From the NCBI GenBank assembly GCA_900542625.1, contig UQOH01000001.1, forward strand, positions 43,255 through 107,254: DNA of 64,000 nucleotides, in the 5' to 3' direction. The notes beneath the pieces are model-generated. The model did no database searches and had not been told where the DNA came from. It worked only from the letters and a program-made list of their open reading frames with translations. Made by a program: the position numbers and the translations under genes. This DNA is from an uncultured Fusobacterium sp. GTDB lineage: Bacteria > Fusobacteriota > Fusobacteriia > Fusobacteriales > Fusobacteriaceae. Within the stretch, counting starts at the first letter, position 1; each line of letters begins with the position of its first letter. This document shows, in pieces, positions 22,206-31,185 of the stretch.

Positions 22206-23717
22206 TTAGATATTGTAATGTGCTATCATTCTCTTTAATCTTGCAAGAGTTCTTTCTTTTCCTATTATAGAGATAAGATTGTATAAATCAGCACCTTTAG
22301 GAAGTCCTGTAAGAACAGCTCTTAAAGGCATATAAACTTTTCCTGGTCCCTCTCCGATTTCCTCAAGAGTATCAGTAAGAAGTTTTTTAGCATCTTCTAA
22401 GTTAATATCTTCATTTGGATATGCTTCGATTTTGCTTAGGAATAATTTGATAGATGCTTTTCCAGTTTCATCTTGGATTCCGTTGTATAATCTTTCGATT
22501 CCTTTTCTGTCTTTTTTATCCATATCTTCTGTAATTTCAGGTAATAGATATTCATCTTTAAAGTAAACTTCTGACTCATCAGCTATTTCTTTTAAAGTGT
22601 GAGCATGTTCTCTTAAAATTTCAACTATTCTTTCAAGAGCGTTTCTTTCTTTATCAGAAACAGTTTCTCCAACATATCCTTTAGCTTGGAAGAAAGGAAT
22701 TGTAAGCTCAGTAAGCTCTTTAAGATCTTTTAATCTCATGTGTTGATTATTTATCCATCCAAGTTTTACAAGGTCAAATACAGGTCCTCCAAGTGATACG
22801 TTGTCAATGTTGAAAGTATCTTTAAATTCTTGTAAGCTGAATATTTCTTTTCCATCTTTGAATGAGTAAGCCATAAGTCCAAGGAAGTTTAATAATCCTT
22901 CTTTTAAATATCCGTTATCTCTGTACCAGTTTAATGAAACAGGATTTTTTCTTTTAGAAATCTTAGTTCTGTCGCTGTTTCTTAAAAGAGGCATGTGGAT
23001 AAATTCTGGCTGTTCCCAACCAAAAGCTTTGTATAATTGAATATGTTTTGGAGTAGAAGAAATCCATTCCTCAGCTCTGATAACGTGAGTAACTCCCATT
23101 AAGTGGTCGTCAACAACGTTTGCAAGGTGATAAGTAGGGAATCCGTCAGCTTTTAATAAAACTTGGTCGTCTATTTTGCTGTTTTCAAAAACGATATCTC
23201 CTCTTAATCTGTCATGGATAACAGTTTCTCCTTCATAAGGCATTTTTAATCTGATAACATATGGTTCTCCTGCTGCAAGTTTAGCTTCAATTTCTTCTTT
23301 AGAAAGGCTTCTGCAGTGCCCGTCATATCCAGGAGCTTTTTTCATTGCTTTTTGTCTTTCTCTTAAGTTGTCAAGTCTTTCAGGAGTACAGAAACAATAG
23401 TAAGCTTCACCTTTTTCAACTAATTCTTTTGCATAGTCACCGTACATTCCAAATCTTTCAGATTGTCTGTATGGCCCGTATGGTCCGCCAATATCAGGAC
23501 CTTCTGCCCAGTTTAGTCCAAGCCAACCTAAAGCATCAAAAATCATTTGTTCAGATCCCTCAGTATATCTGTTCTGGTCAGTATCCTCTATTCTTAAAAT
23601 AAATTCTCCATTATTAACATGAGCAAATGCTATATTGAACATTGCAATATAGGCTGTTCCAACGTGCGGATCTCCAGTAGGAGATGGAGCTACCCTAGTT
23701 CTTACTTTTCTTTCCAT
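22206..23717 (-). CDS. gltX: glutamate--tRNA ligase
   Basis: 503 aa with class I HIGH ([12 protein letters not shown]) and KISKR (KMSKS-type) motifs. Confidence 0.95.
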   Translation of the reverse strand: MERKVRTRVAPSPTGDPHVGTAYIAMFNIAFAHVNNGEFILRIEDTDQNRYTEGSEQMIFDALGWLGLNWAEGPDIGGPYGPYRQSERFGMYGDYAKELVEKGEAYYCFCTPERLDNLRERQKAMKKAPGYDGHCRSLSKEEIEAKLAAGEPYVIRLKMPYEGETVIHDRLRGDIVFENSKIDDQVLLKADGFPTYHLANVVDDHLMGVTHVIRAEEWISSTPKHIQLYKAFGWEQPEFIHMPLLRNSDRTKISKRKNPVSLNWYRDNGYLKEGLLNFLGLMAYSFKDGKEIFSLQEFKDTFNIDNVSLGGPVFDLVKLGWINNQHMRLKDLKELTELTIPFFQAKGYVGETVSDKERNALERIVEILREHAHTLKEIADESEVYFKDEYLLPEITEDMDKKDRKGIERLYNGIQDETGKASIKLFLSKIEAYPNEDINLEDAKKLLTDTLEEIGEGPGKVYMPLRAVLTGLPKGADLYNLISIIGKERTLARLKRMIAHYNI

Positions 23718-23789
23718 AGTATATTAACCCCCAATTTTATTTATTATATAATCTAAATTTTATCACATTTCATCTTATTTTTAAAGTGA

Positions 23790-24890
23790 CTATTTGTTTT
23801 TTGTCCATCTCAGGTAAGCATTAACAAAGTCATCAATATCTCCGTCCATAACAGCTCTGATATTTCCAGATTCGCATGATGTTCTGTGGTCTTTTACCAT
23901 AGTATAAGGCTGGAACACATATGATCTTATCTGGTTTCCCCAGCCTATGTCTGTCTGTTCTCCCTGAATTTTTTTCATCTCTTCTTCTTTCTTTTTAATC
24001 TCCAGATCAAGAAGTTTTGCCTGTAATACTTTCATTGCTTTCTCTCTGTTTAAAAGCTGAGAACGTTCCTGCTGACATGTAGTAACAATTCCTGTTGGAA
24101 TATGAGTAATTCTTACAGCTGAGTCAGTCATGTTAACGTGCTGTCCTCCAGCTCCTCCTGCTCTGTATGTATCAATTCTCAAGTCACTTGGATTTATCTC
24201 TATTTCAACAGCCTCATCAACTTCCGGAAGTACGTCAACAGAGGCAAAGGAAGTATGTCTTTTTTTGTTTGCATCAAAAGGAGAGATTCTCACAAGTCTG
24301 TGAACTCCTTTTTCTGCTTTTAGATATCCGTAAGCATAAACTCCTTCCACAAGAAGTGTAATAGATTTTATTCCTACAGAATCTCCCGGCATAAAATCAA
24401 GCTGACTCACTTTATATCCCTTTTCAGAAAACCATCTGCTGTACATTCTGTAAAGCATATCAACCCAGTCGCATGCCTCTGTTCCTCCTGCACCAGAGTG
24501 AATTGTGATGATAGCATTGTTTCCATCATATTTTCCGTCAAGAAGAAGTTTTACATCAAGAGAATCAAGTTCATGTGCAAGTTTTTTATGTTTTTCTTCC
24601 AGTTCAGGAATAAAATCTTCCTCTCCCATGTCCACAAATTCAATTAAAACCTCTTCATCATGATACATTGTTTCAACAGTCTTATACTCATTAATAAGAT
24701 CTTTGTTTTCATTTATTTTTTTTATAACAGCCTGACTTTCTTTTTTATCGTTCCAGAACCCTTCTTGTGTTGTTTTCTGTTCAAGCTCTTTTACTGTATT
24801 TTCTCTCATTTCAAGTTTTACAGTCTGTTTTATTCCGGCAAGTTTATCTTTGTATCCCTGAAATTCTCTTTTTAATTCTAAAATATCCAT
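23790..24890 (-). CDS. prfB: peptide chain release factor 2
   Basis: The ORF track extends to 25031. The RBS-supported ATG is at 24890 (MDILELKREF…). SPF and GGQ motifs are present (RISPFD, YRAGGAGGQHVN). It is a continuous ORF with no +1 frameshift site. Confidence 0.85.
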   Translation of the reverse strand: MDILELKREFQGYKDKLAGIKQTVKLEMRENTVKELEQKTTQEGFWNDKKESQAVIKKINENKDLINEYKTVETMYHDEEVLIEFVDMGEEDFIPELEEKHKKLAHELDSLDVKLLLDGKYDGNNAIITIHSGAGGTEACDWVDMLYRMYSRWFSEKGYKVSQLDFMPGDSVGIKSITLLVEGVYAYGYLKAEKGVHRLVRISPFDANKKRHTSFASVDVLPEVDEAVEIEINPSDLRIDTYRAGGAGGQHVNMTDSAVRITHIPTGIVTTCQQERSQLLNREKAMKVLQAKLLDLEIKKKEEEMKKIQGEQTDIGWGNQIRSYVFQPYTMVKDHRTSCESGNIRAVMDGDIDDFVNAYLRWTKNK

Positions 24891-24906
24891 AATTTTCTCC
24901 CAAAAA

Positions 24907-25272
24907 TCATTTTTTAAATATAACAGCCACAGCTGCAGCGTATTCTTTGCAGTGTGAAATAGAGATGTCACACTGATAAATATCGTTAAATTCTTCAATG
25001 CTGTTTCTGAAAACAACGTAAGGTTTTCCAAGAGTATCGTTTAAAATCTCAATATCAGTAGGAGAAAAGTTTCTTACTCCTGTTCCCAGAGCTTTTGATA
25101 CAGCCTCTTTGGCAGAAAATTTTCCTGCATATGTTTCAGCTCTGTTTCCTTTGGATTTTATGTATTCAATCTCTTTTTCAGTGTAAATTTTTTTTATAAA
25201 AATTTCTTTTGAAACAGCTTTTTCTATTCTGCTTATTTCTATAATATCGTTTCCTATTCCTAAAAATTTCAT
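24907..25272 (-). CDS. acpS: holo-ACP synthase (4'-phosphopantetheinyl transferase)
   Basis: 121 aa. AcpS-like N-terminus (MKFLGIGNDIIEISRI) and a conserved C-terminal core. Confidence 0.85.
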   Translation of the reverse strand: MKFLGIGNDIIEISRIEKAVSKEIFIKKIYTEKEIEYIKSKGNRAETYAGKFSAKEAVSKALGTGVRNFSPTDIEILNDTLGKPYVVFRNSIEEFNDIYQCDISISHCKEYAAAVAVIFKK

Positions 25273-25292
25273 AAGAGAACTCCTGTAAATTT

Positions 25293-26051
25293 TTATTTTA
25301 TTCCATAAATTCTTTTTGTGTTTTCAGTAGTAATTCTTATAACCTCTTCCACAGGAATATTTTTAATTTCAGCTATTTTTTCAGCAACATATTTTACATA
25401 TACAGGTTCATTTCTTTTTCCTCTAAAAGGAGACGGCGTAAGATATGGAGAATCTGTTTCAATTACTATTCTTGAAAGGTCTATTTTTTGTATGAACTCA
25501 ACAGTTTTTCTTGCATTTTTAAATGTAAGAACACCTCCAATACCAAAAACATATCCCTCAGGAACATTCATTGCACTTTCAAAAGATCCGGGATAACAGT
25601 GGAAAACTCCTTTAACATTTGGAAACTCATTAAGAATATTTATTGTATCCTCCATAGCATCTCTTGAGTGGATAACAACAGGTTTTCCAAGTCTTTCAGC
25701 AAGTTTCATCTGTTTTCTGAATCCCTCTTTCTGTACCTCTTTTTCATCTTCCATCCAGTAATAATCAAGTCCTATTTCTCCTATTGCCACAGCTTTTTTA
25801 TGGTGAGAAAGCTCCTCTATTCTTTTTTCAACTTCATCATTGTATGTAGAAATATCAGTAGGGTGCACTCCCACAACAGCATAAACAAAAGGATATTTTT
25901 CACTGTACTCAATACTTTTTTCAGATGTAGGAAGATCATTTCCTATGTTAACTATAAATTCAAGCTCTTCCTCAGCACGTTTAAATATTACTTCTCTATC
26001 TTCATCAAATTTACTGTCATTAACATGGCAGTGTGAATCTGCTAATTTCAT
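25293..26051 (-). CDS. tatD: TatD-family metal-dependent hydrolase
   Basis: 252 aa with a TIM-barrel signature: SHCHVN start and histidine/aspartate metal ligands. Confidence 0.85.
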   Translation of the reverse strand: MKLADSHCHVNDSKFDEDREVIFKRAEEELEFIVNIGNDLPTSEKSIEYSEKYPFVYAVVGVHPTDISTYNDEVEKRIEELSHHKKAVAIGEIGLDYYWMEDEKEVQKEGFRKQMKLAERLGKPVVIHSRDAMEDTINILNEFPNVKGVFHCYPGSFESAMNVPEGYVFGIGGVLTFKNARKTVEFIQKIDLSRIVIETDSPYLTPSPFRGKRNEPVYVKYVAEKIAEIKNIPVEEVIRITTENTKRIYGIK

Positions 26052-26294
26052 AATCTGTTCACCTCATATAATAATTCTTATTTATTATATCATAACTTTT
26101 AGACTTTTATTATTGCTTTTCTTTTTATTAAAAATAAAAAATAATATTTTAAAAAATAGGCAATATATTATACATTATTGAATTTTTTGATATTTTAGAT
26201 ATTTTAGATAATATGTTGTATAAAATTTATTGTGTTTACAAAAGTTAATTGATATGTTAAAATTTAGAGTAAAATAAAATTCAGGAGGCATATA

Positions 26295-27389
26295 ATGATC
26301 GGAATAGGAATAGTTGGACTTCCTAATGTTGGAAAATCAACTCTTTTTAATGCAATAACTAAGGCAGGAGCAGCAGAGGCTGCAAACTATCCTTTTTGTA
26401 CAATAGAACCAAATGTGGGAATGGTAACAGTGCCAGATAAAAGAATGGAAGAGCTTGCAAAAATAATCAATCCTCAAAGAGTAGTTAATGCTACTGTAGA
26501 GTTTGTGGATATAGCAGGGCTTGTTGCAGGGGCATCAAAAGGTGAGGGACTTGGAAACAAATTCCTTTCAAATATAAGAGGAACAGCAGCAATTTGTCAG
26601 GTTGTAAGATGTTTTGATGATGAAAACGTAGTTCATGTAAGCGGAGGAGTAGACCCTATAAGAGATATAAATGTAATCAATGGGGAGCTTATTTTAGCTG
26701 ATATGGAAACAATAGACAAAGCACTGGAGAAAAACAAAAAACTTCTTGTTACAAAAAATAAAGACGTAGTGAAACTTGTTCCTATACTTGAAAAATGTCA
26801 GGCACACTTAAATGAAGAAAAACTTTTAAAAACTCTTGATTTAACAGATGAAGAAAAAGATATTATAAAAGTGTATCAGCTGCTTACAATAAAACCTATG
26901 ATATTTGTAACTAATGTTTCAGAAGACGATCTGGCAGAGGGAAATGAATATGTGGAAAAAGTAAGAGAATATGCAGCAGAGCTTTGTTCAGAAGTTGTAA
27001 TCGTTTCTGCAAAAGTTGAAGAAGAACTGCAGGAAATGAGCGAAGAAGATAAAGCGGAATTTTTAGAAAGTCTTGGTGTAGAAGAGGCAGGGCTTAACAG
27101 ATTAATAAGAGCAGGATTTAAACTTCTTGGGCTTCAAACATATTTCACAGCAGGAGTAAAAGAAGTAAGAGCATGGACAATTAATATTGGTGATACAGCT
27201 CCAAAAGCAGCAGGAGTTATTCATACAGATTTTGAAAGAGGATTCATCAGAGCAAAAGTTGCATCTTATGAAGATTTTGTAAAATATTCTGGATGGAAAG
27301 GAACTCAAGAGGCAGGAGTAATGAGAGTCGAAGGAAAGGACTACGTAGTTCAGGACGGAGATTTAATGGAATTTTTATTTAATGTATAA
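26295..27389 (+). CDS. ychF: ribosome-binding ATPase YchF
   Basis: 364 aa with the [16 protein letters not shown]-loop and a C-terminal TGS domain. Confidence 0.95.
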   Translation: MIGIGIVGLPNVGKSTLFNAITKAGAAEAANYPFCTIEPNVGMVTVPDKRMEELAKIINPQRVVNATVEFVDIAGLVAGASKGEGLGNKFLSNIRGTAAICQVVRCFDDENVVHVSGGVDPIRDINVINGELILADMETIDKALEKNKKLLVTKNKDVVKLVPILEKCQAHLNEEKLLKTLDLTDEEKDIIKVYQLLTIKPMIFVTNVSEDDLAEGNEYVEKVREYAAELCSEVVIVSAKVEEELQEMSEEDKAEFLESLGVEEAGLNRLIRAGFKLLGLQTYFTAGVKEVRAWTINIGDTAPKAAGVIHTDFERGFIRAKVASYEDFVKYSGWKGTQEAGVMRVEGKDYVVQDGDLMEFLFNV

Positions 27390-27469
27390 AATATATCAAG
27401 AAAATATACTTGACAAGAAACGAGAAACCGTGTAAAATATCTTGGTATTATAACATGAGGGGGCTATCT

Positions 27470-27961
27470 ATGAAAATTAAATTGATAGATATCGACAGAG
27501 ATTCTAAAATAAAATTTAATTTTTCAGTTTCCAGCTTAGAAGGTGTCGATTTAGACGGAGAACTTCAAGTGAGCGGTTCAGTTCACAAAATAAATAATGA
27601 ATACTTTATAGAAGGAAAATATTCAGCTAGAATAAAGACACAGTGTGTAAGATGTTTAGAAGATATCATAGTTGATATGGGCGAAAAAGAGTTTCAAGGA
27701 AAATTCTTAAATGCACAGGACTATGAAAGATACTTGGAAACTCTTTCTAAAACTGCTGAAATGACAGAAGAAGAATATTTTGAGGCTGTCAGCGGTGAAA
27801 TAGACGTAACAGAGTTTGTAAGAGAAGAGATGTTTTTAGAGATGCCACAGTATCCTGCCTGCGTTCCAGAATGTAAAGATGATTCTTATTTACAGAAATA
27901 CAGTAACGATGGCATGGACAGCAGATGGGCACAGTTGTTAGATATAAAAATAAAAAATTAA
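27470..27961 (+). CDS. yceD: YceD/DUF177 family protein
   Basis: The ORF track starts at 27410. The ATG at 27470 follows GAGGGGG. Cys pairs are conserved (CVRC…, C…C). In the classic position upstream of rpmF. Confidence 0.75.
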   Translation: MKIKLIDIDRDSKIKFNFSVSSLEGVDLDGELQVSGSVHKINNEYFIEGKYSARIKTQCVRCLEDIIVDMGEKEFQGKFLNAQDYERYLETLSKTAEMTEEEYFEAVSGEIDVTEFVREEMFLEMPQYPACVPECKDDSYLQKYSNDGMDSRWAQLLDIKIKN

Positions 27962-27991
27962 AATAAGAATTTGTGAGGAGGGGAAACTAAA

Positions 27992-28177
27992 ATGGCAGTA
28001 CCTAAGAAAAAGACTTCAAAAGCTAAAAAAAATATGAGAAGATCTCACCATGGATTAGCAGCTTCAACATTAATCACTTGTGAAAAATGCGGAGCTACAA
28101 AAAGACCTCATAGAGTTTGTTTAGAGTGTGGAGATTACAACGGAAAACAAGTACTAAAAACAGCTGATGCTGAATAA
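27992..28177 (+). CDS. rpmF: 50S ribosomal protein L32
   Basis: 61 aa starting [20 protein letters not shown], with a CxxC…CxxC zinc ribbon. Confidence 0.9.
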   Translation: MAVPKKKTSKAKKNMRRSHHGLAASTLITCEKCGATKRPHRVCLECGDYNGKQVLKTADAE

Positions 28178-28192
28178 TTTAGTAGAAATAAA

Positions 28193-28230
28193 AAAAGCAA
28201 GTTTATATATGTTAATCTTGCTTTTTTTAT
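28193..28230 (+). terminator. rho-independent terminator after rpmF
   Basis: aaagcaag…cttgcttt followed by a T-run. Confidence 0.65.
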
Positions 28231-28354
28231 TTTTTGTGTTATTCTTTGTTTATTGCTTTTTACTGAAAATAATGCTACTATATGAGTGGAAAAGTATTTT
28301 TTTATTTTTTCAAAAATCAGGCAGACAGAAAATAGCAGAAGGAGGAACACATTT

Positions 28355-28795
28355 ATGAAAAAAATATCGATTTTTATTTTAGCAGTTATGACAGCAGGTA
28401 TAATGGCAGGATGCGGTGCAGATAAAGGTACTGATAAAAAAAGAGATATAAAAGCTGAAACAGCTCAAAAGATTGATGCAGCAAAAGAAAATGTAACAGA
28501 AGAAAGTGCAGAAATGAAAGAGAAAGCATCAGATGTGATGAGTGATATGAAAGCTGGAGCAAGCGAAGCAATGGAAAACGTTAAAGATAATGTTAATGAA
28601 AAAATGGTTGATATGAAAGAAACAGCAAAAGATATGACAGATAAAACAGTTGAAAAAGCTAAAGAAGTAAAAACAGAAGCAGGAAAAAAAGCACAAGAAG
28701 TAAAGAAAACAGCAGACAAACAAATGGATAAAGCTAAAGACAGTGCTGTTGACGGACTTGATAAATTAAAAAGTAAGATAGAAGAAAGTAAATAA
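28355..28795 (+). CDS. KE-rich repetitive lipoprotein, function unknown
   Basis: The ORF track starts at 28286. The ATG at 28355 follows GGAGG and begins the lipoprotein signal MKKISIFILAVMTAGIMAGCG. The mature part is a low-complexity K/E/D/M-rich helical repeat. Confidence 0.65.
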   Translation: MKKISIFILAVMTAGIMAGCGADKGTDKKRDIKAETAQKIDAAKENVTEESAEMKEKASDVMSDMKAGASEAMENVKDNVNEKMVDMKETAKDMTDKTVEKAKEVKTEAGKKAQEVKKTADKQMDKAKDSAVDGLDKLKSKIEESK

Positions 28796-28866
28796 AAACT
28801 GATTTCAGAAAAAGAAAGTTAAAAATTTGACTCTCTTTTTGTGAAAGAGTAAATGTAGTAAAGATT

Positions 28867-28910
28867 AAACTGTATGAAAGAAAAAATTCATACAGTTTTT
28901 TATTTTTTTC
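28867..28910 (+). terminator. rho-independent terminator
   Basis: aaactgtatgaa…ttcatacagttt followed by a T-run. Confidence 0.6.
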
Positions 28911-28979
28911 TTAAATTTAAGATTAAAAAAAGCTATAATATTCATTATAAGTAATATTGAACTGGTTTGTGGAGGAAAA

Positions 28980-30197
28980 ATGAAATTGGAAAATGCAGAT
29001 ATAGAAAAAATAAAAGACTGGTTTAAAAGACTTTATTCAATAGGAATTGATAAAACCGGAGGGGTAACAAGACTTGGATATACAAGAAACGAAGATGTTA
29101 TGCACGGAGCTGTAAGAAACTTTGCAAGAGAGCTTGGTCTTAAATATTCAAGTGATGAAGTGGGGAATACATATATATTTCAGGAAAATTATGATGAGTA
29201 TTATTTAATAGGTTCACATCTTGACTCTGTTATAAACGGAGGAAGATATGACGGAGTTGCAGGAGTATTGGCAGGACTTTTAATTTTAAAATGGATAAAA
29301 GAAAATAATCTGAATATTCCTGTTAAAGTGGCAGCTTTCAGATGCGAAGAATCAAGTGCTTTTGGAATGGCAACTGTTGGAAGTTCTCTGATTACTCATA
29401 AACTTGATATTGAAAAGACGAAACAGGCAAAAAATCACGAAGGAATTTCCCTTTACGATGTTCTTATTCACAGAGGACACAATCCTCATTGTAAAAAAAT
29501 AGAGGGACTTCTTGGATATTTTGAACTTCATATAGAGCAGGGAAGAGTTTTAGAAGTGTGTGAAAATAAAATAGGTATAGTTGAGGCGATAGCAGCAGCA
29601 ACAAGATACTGGCTTACAATAGAAGGAAGACAGGATCACTCAGGAGCAACTCCAATGGGTATGAGAAAAGATGCTCTTTGTGCAACAGCAGAAATAGTGA
29701 CAGAGCTTGAAAAAGCAGCAAATGAAGAGGCTGAACATCACACAGTTGGTACAGTGGGATATATTGTAAATGCTCCAAATGCTTTTAACGTTGTTTCAGG
29801 AAAAGTAAAAATGGGAATAGATATCAGAGGTATTGATTGGGAAAGCATAAAAAGAGTAGATAAAAAAATAACAGAGTATGTTAAAGAAGTGTGTGAAAAA
29901 AGGGAACTTGAGTATAAGCTTGTTTCAATATCAAAAGATATTCCTATACAGCTTAGTGAAAAAATGAAAGATCAGCTGAAAGAAACAGCAGACTCTCTTG
30001 GAATAAAAGCAATGGTTATGAACAGCGGAGCAGGGCATGATGCAATGAAATTTGCTGATATAACACCTACAGGAATGGTGTTTATTCCATGTAAAGAGGG
30101 AGTGAGCCACAATAAAGAAGAAAGTATAGAATTTAGTGATGTTGTACTTGGCAGTATGGTTATATTTAAACAGTTAAAAAAGTTGGTGGAAATATGA
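28980..30197 (+). CDS. M20-family Zn-dependent amidohydrolase (allantoate amidohydrolase / N-carbamoyl-L-amino-acid hydrolase-like)
   Basis: 405 aa with metal-ligand motifs (GSHLDSV, …GAGHDAM) and a dimerisation insert typical of the M20 AmaB/AllC group. Confidence 0.8.
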   Translation: MKLENADIEKIKDWFKRLYSIGIDKTGGVTRLGYTRNEDVMHGAVRNFARELGLKYSSDEVGNTYIFQENYDEYYLIGSHLDSVINGGRYDGVAGVLAGLLILKWIKENNLNIPVKVAAFRCEESSAFGMATVGSSLITHKLDIEKTKQAKNHEGISLYDVLIHRGHNPHCKKIEGLLGYFELHIEQGRVLEVCENKIGIVEAIAAATRYWLTIEGRQDHSGATPMGMRKDALCATAEIVTELEKAANEEAEHHTVGTVGYIVNAPNAFNVVSGKVKMGIDIRGIDWESIKRVDKKITEYVKEVCEKRELEYKLVSISKDIPIQLSEKMKDQLKETADSLGIKAMVMNSGAGHDAMKFADITPTGMVFIPCKEGVSHNKEESIEFSDVVLGSMVIFKQLKKLVEI

Positions 30198-31159
30198 AAA
30201 AAATATTAGTGACAATTCCAATGGAAGAAAAACATAAGGAACAAATAAAAAGTATAGCTTTTGATGCAGAGATAATATATATATCAGCAAAAGAGGCAGA
30301 TAAAGAAACAGTTCACAGTGCAGATATAATTTTGGGAAATGTTCCTGCGGGGATATTAAAAGGGAATACAAAATTAAAATGGCTGCAGCTTAACAGTGCA
30401 GGAGCAAACAATTATACAGCAGAGGGGATATTAAATGAGGGAACAATACTGACAAATGCAACAGGTGCTTACGGTCTTGCAATAGCAGAACATATGCTTG
30501 GAATGCTTCTGGCAGTACAGAAAAAAATACATCTTTATAATGCGAATCAGAAAGAATGTTTGTGGAAAGATGAAGGACCGGTAACTTCAATTTACGGCTC
30601 TAAAACCCTTGTAGTAGGATTGGGAGATATCGGCGGAGAATTTGCAAAAAGAATGAATGCTTTAGGAAGTGAAGTTTATGGAATAAGAAGAAACAAAACA
30701 GATATTCCTCCTTATCTTAAGGATGTTTATCAGCTTGATATGCTTGAAAAAATTCTTCCTGAATTTGATATAGTAGCTCTTTCTCTTCCGGAAACAAAGG
30801 AAACAACAAATCTTTTTAATAAAGAAAAATTTGATAAAATGAAAAAAGGAGCAATTTTGTTAAATGTAGGAAGAGGATCTTCTGTAAATGCTGAAGATTT
30901 ATGTGAGGCTTTAAACAGCGGAAAACTTGCAGGAGCAGGAATTGATGTAACTGAGCCCGAACCCCTTCCAAAAGAAAGTCCATTATGGAAAGCTGAGAAT
31001 CTTGTGCTTACTCCCCATGTGGCAGGTGGATATCATCTTAAAGAAACTTTGGAAAGAATAAGAAAAATAACAATAAATAATCTTAAGGCATATTATAAAA
31101 ATGAGCCTATGAAAAATCTTGTGGATTTTAAAACAGGATATAGAAAATTTGTGAAGTAA
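30194..31159 (+). CDS. D-isomer-specific 2-hydroxyacid dehydrogenase family protein
   Basis: 321 aa with the NAD-binding VGLGDIGGEFA motif and the catalytic triad region. Its start overlaps the M20 stop (ATGA). Confidence 0.8.
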   Translation: MKKILVTIPMEEKHKEQIKSIAFDAEIIYISAKEADKETVHSADIILGNVPAGILKGNTKLKWLQLNSAGANNYTAEGILNEGTILTNATGAYGLAIAEHMLGMLLAVQKKIHLYNANQKECLWKDEGPVTSIYGSKTLVVGLGDIGGEFAKRMNALGSEVYGIRRNKTDIPPYLKDVYQLDMLEKILPEFDIVALSLPETKETTNLFNKEKFDKMKKGAILLNVGRGSSVNAEDLCEALNSGKLAGAGIDVTEPEPLPKESPLWKAENLVLTPHVAGGYHLKETLERIRKITINNLKAYYKNEPMKNLVDFKTGYRKFVK

Positions 31160-31185
31160 GAAATACAAATCCATAGGAGGATATA

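Noticed and set aside
23790-25031. Long N-terminal extension of prfB in the ORF track (and similar extensions for dctP 11575, yceD 27410, lipoprotein 28286, CoA-transferase 34101, mgl 42611, gdh 45292, iclR 48929, gcdD 49913)
   Set aside because: Internal start codons preceded by good Shine-Dalgarno sequences, and beginning at conserved N-termini or signal peptides, are preferred. The prfB extension also overlaps acpS.
26160-26200. Short tandem repeat atattttagat x2 in the tatD/ychF divergent region considered as a CRISPR-like or repeat element
   Set aside because: Only two short, AT-rich copies with no spacer-repeat periodicity. It is most likely ordinary promoter-region low complexity.
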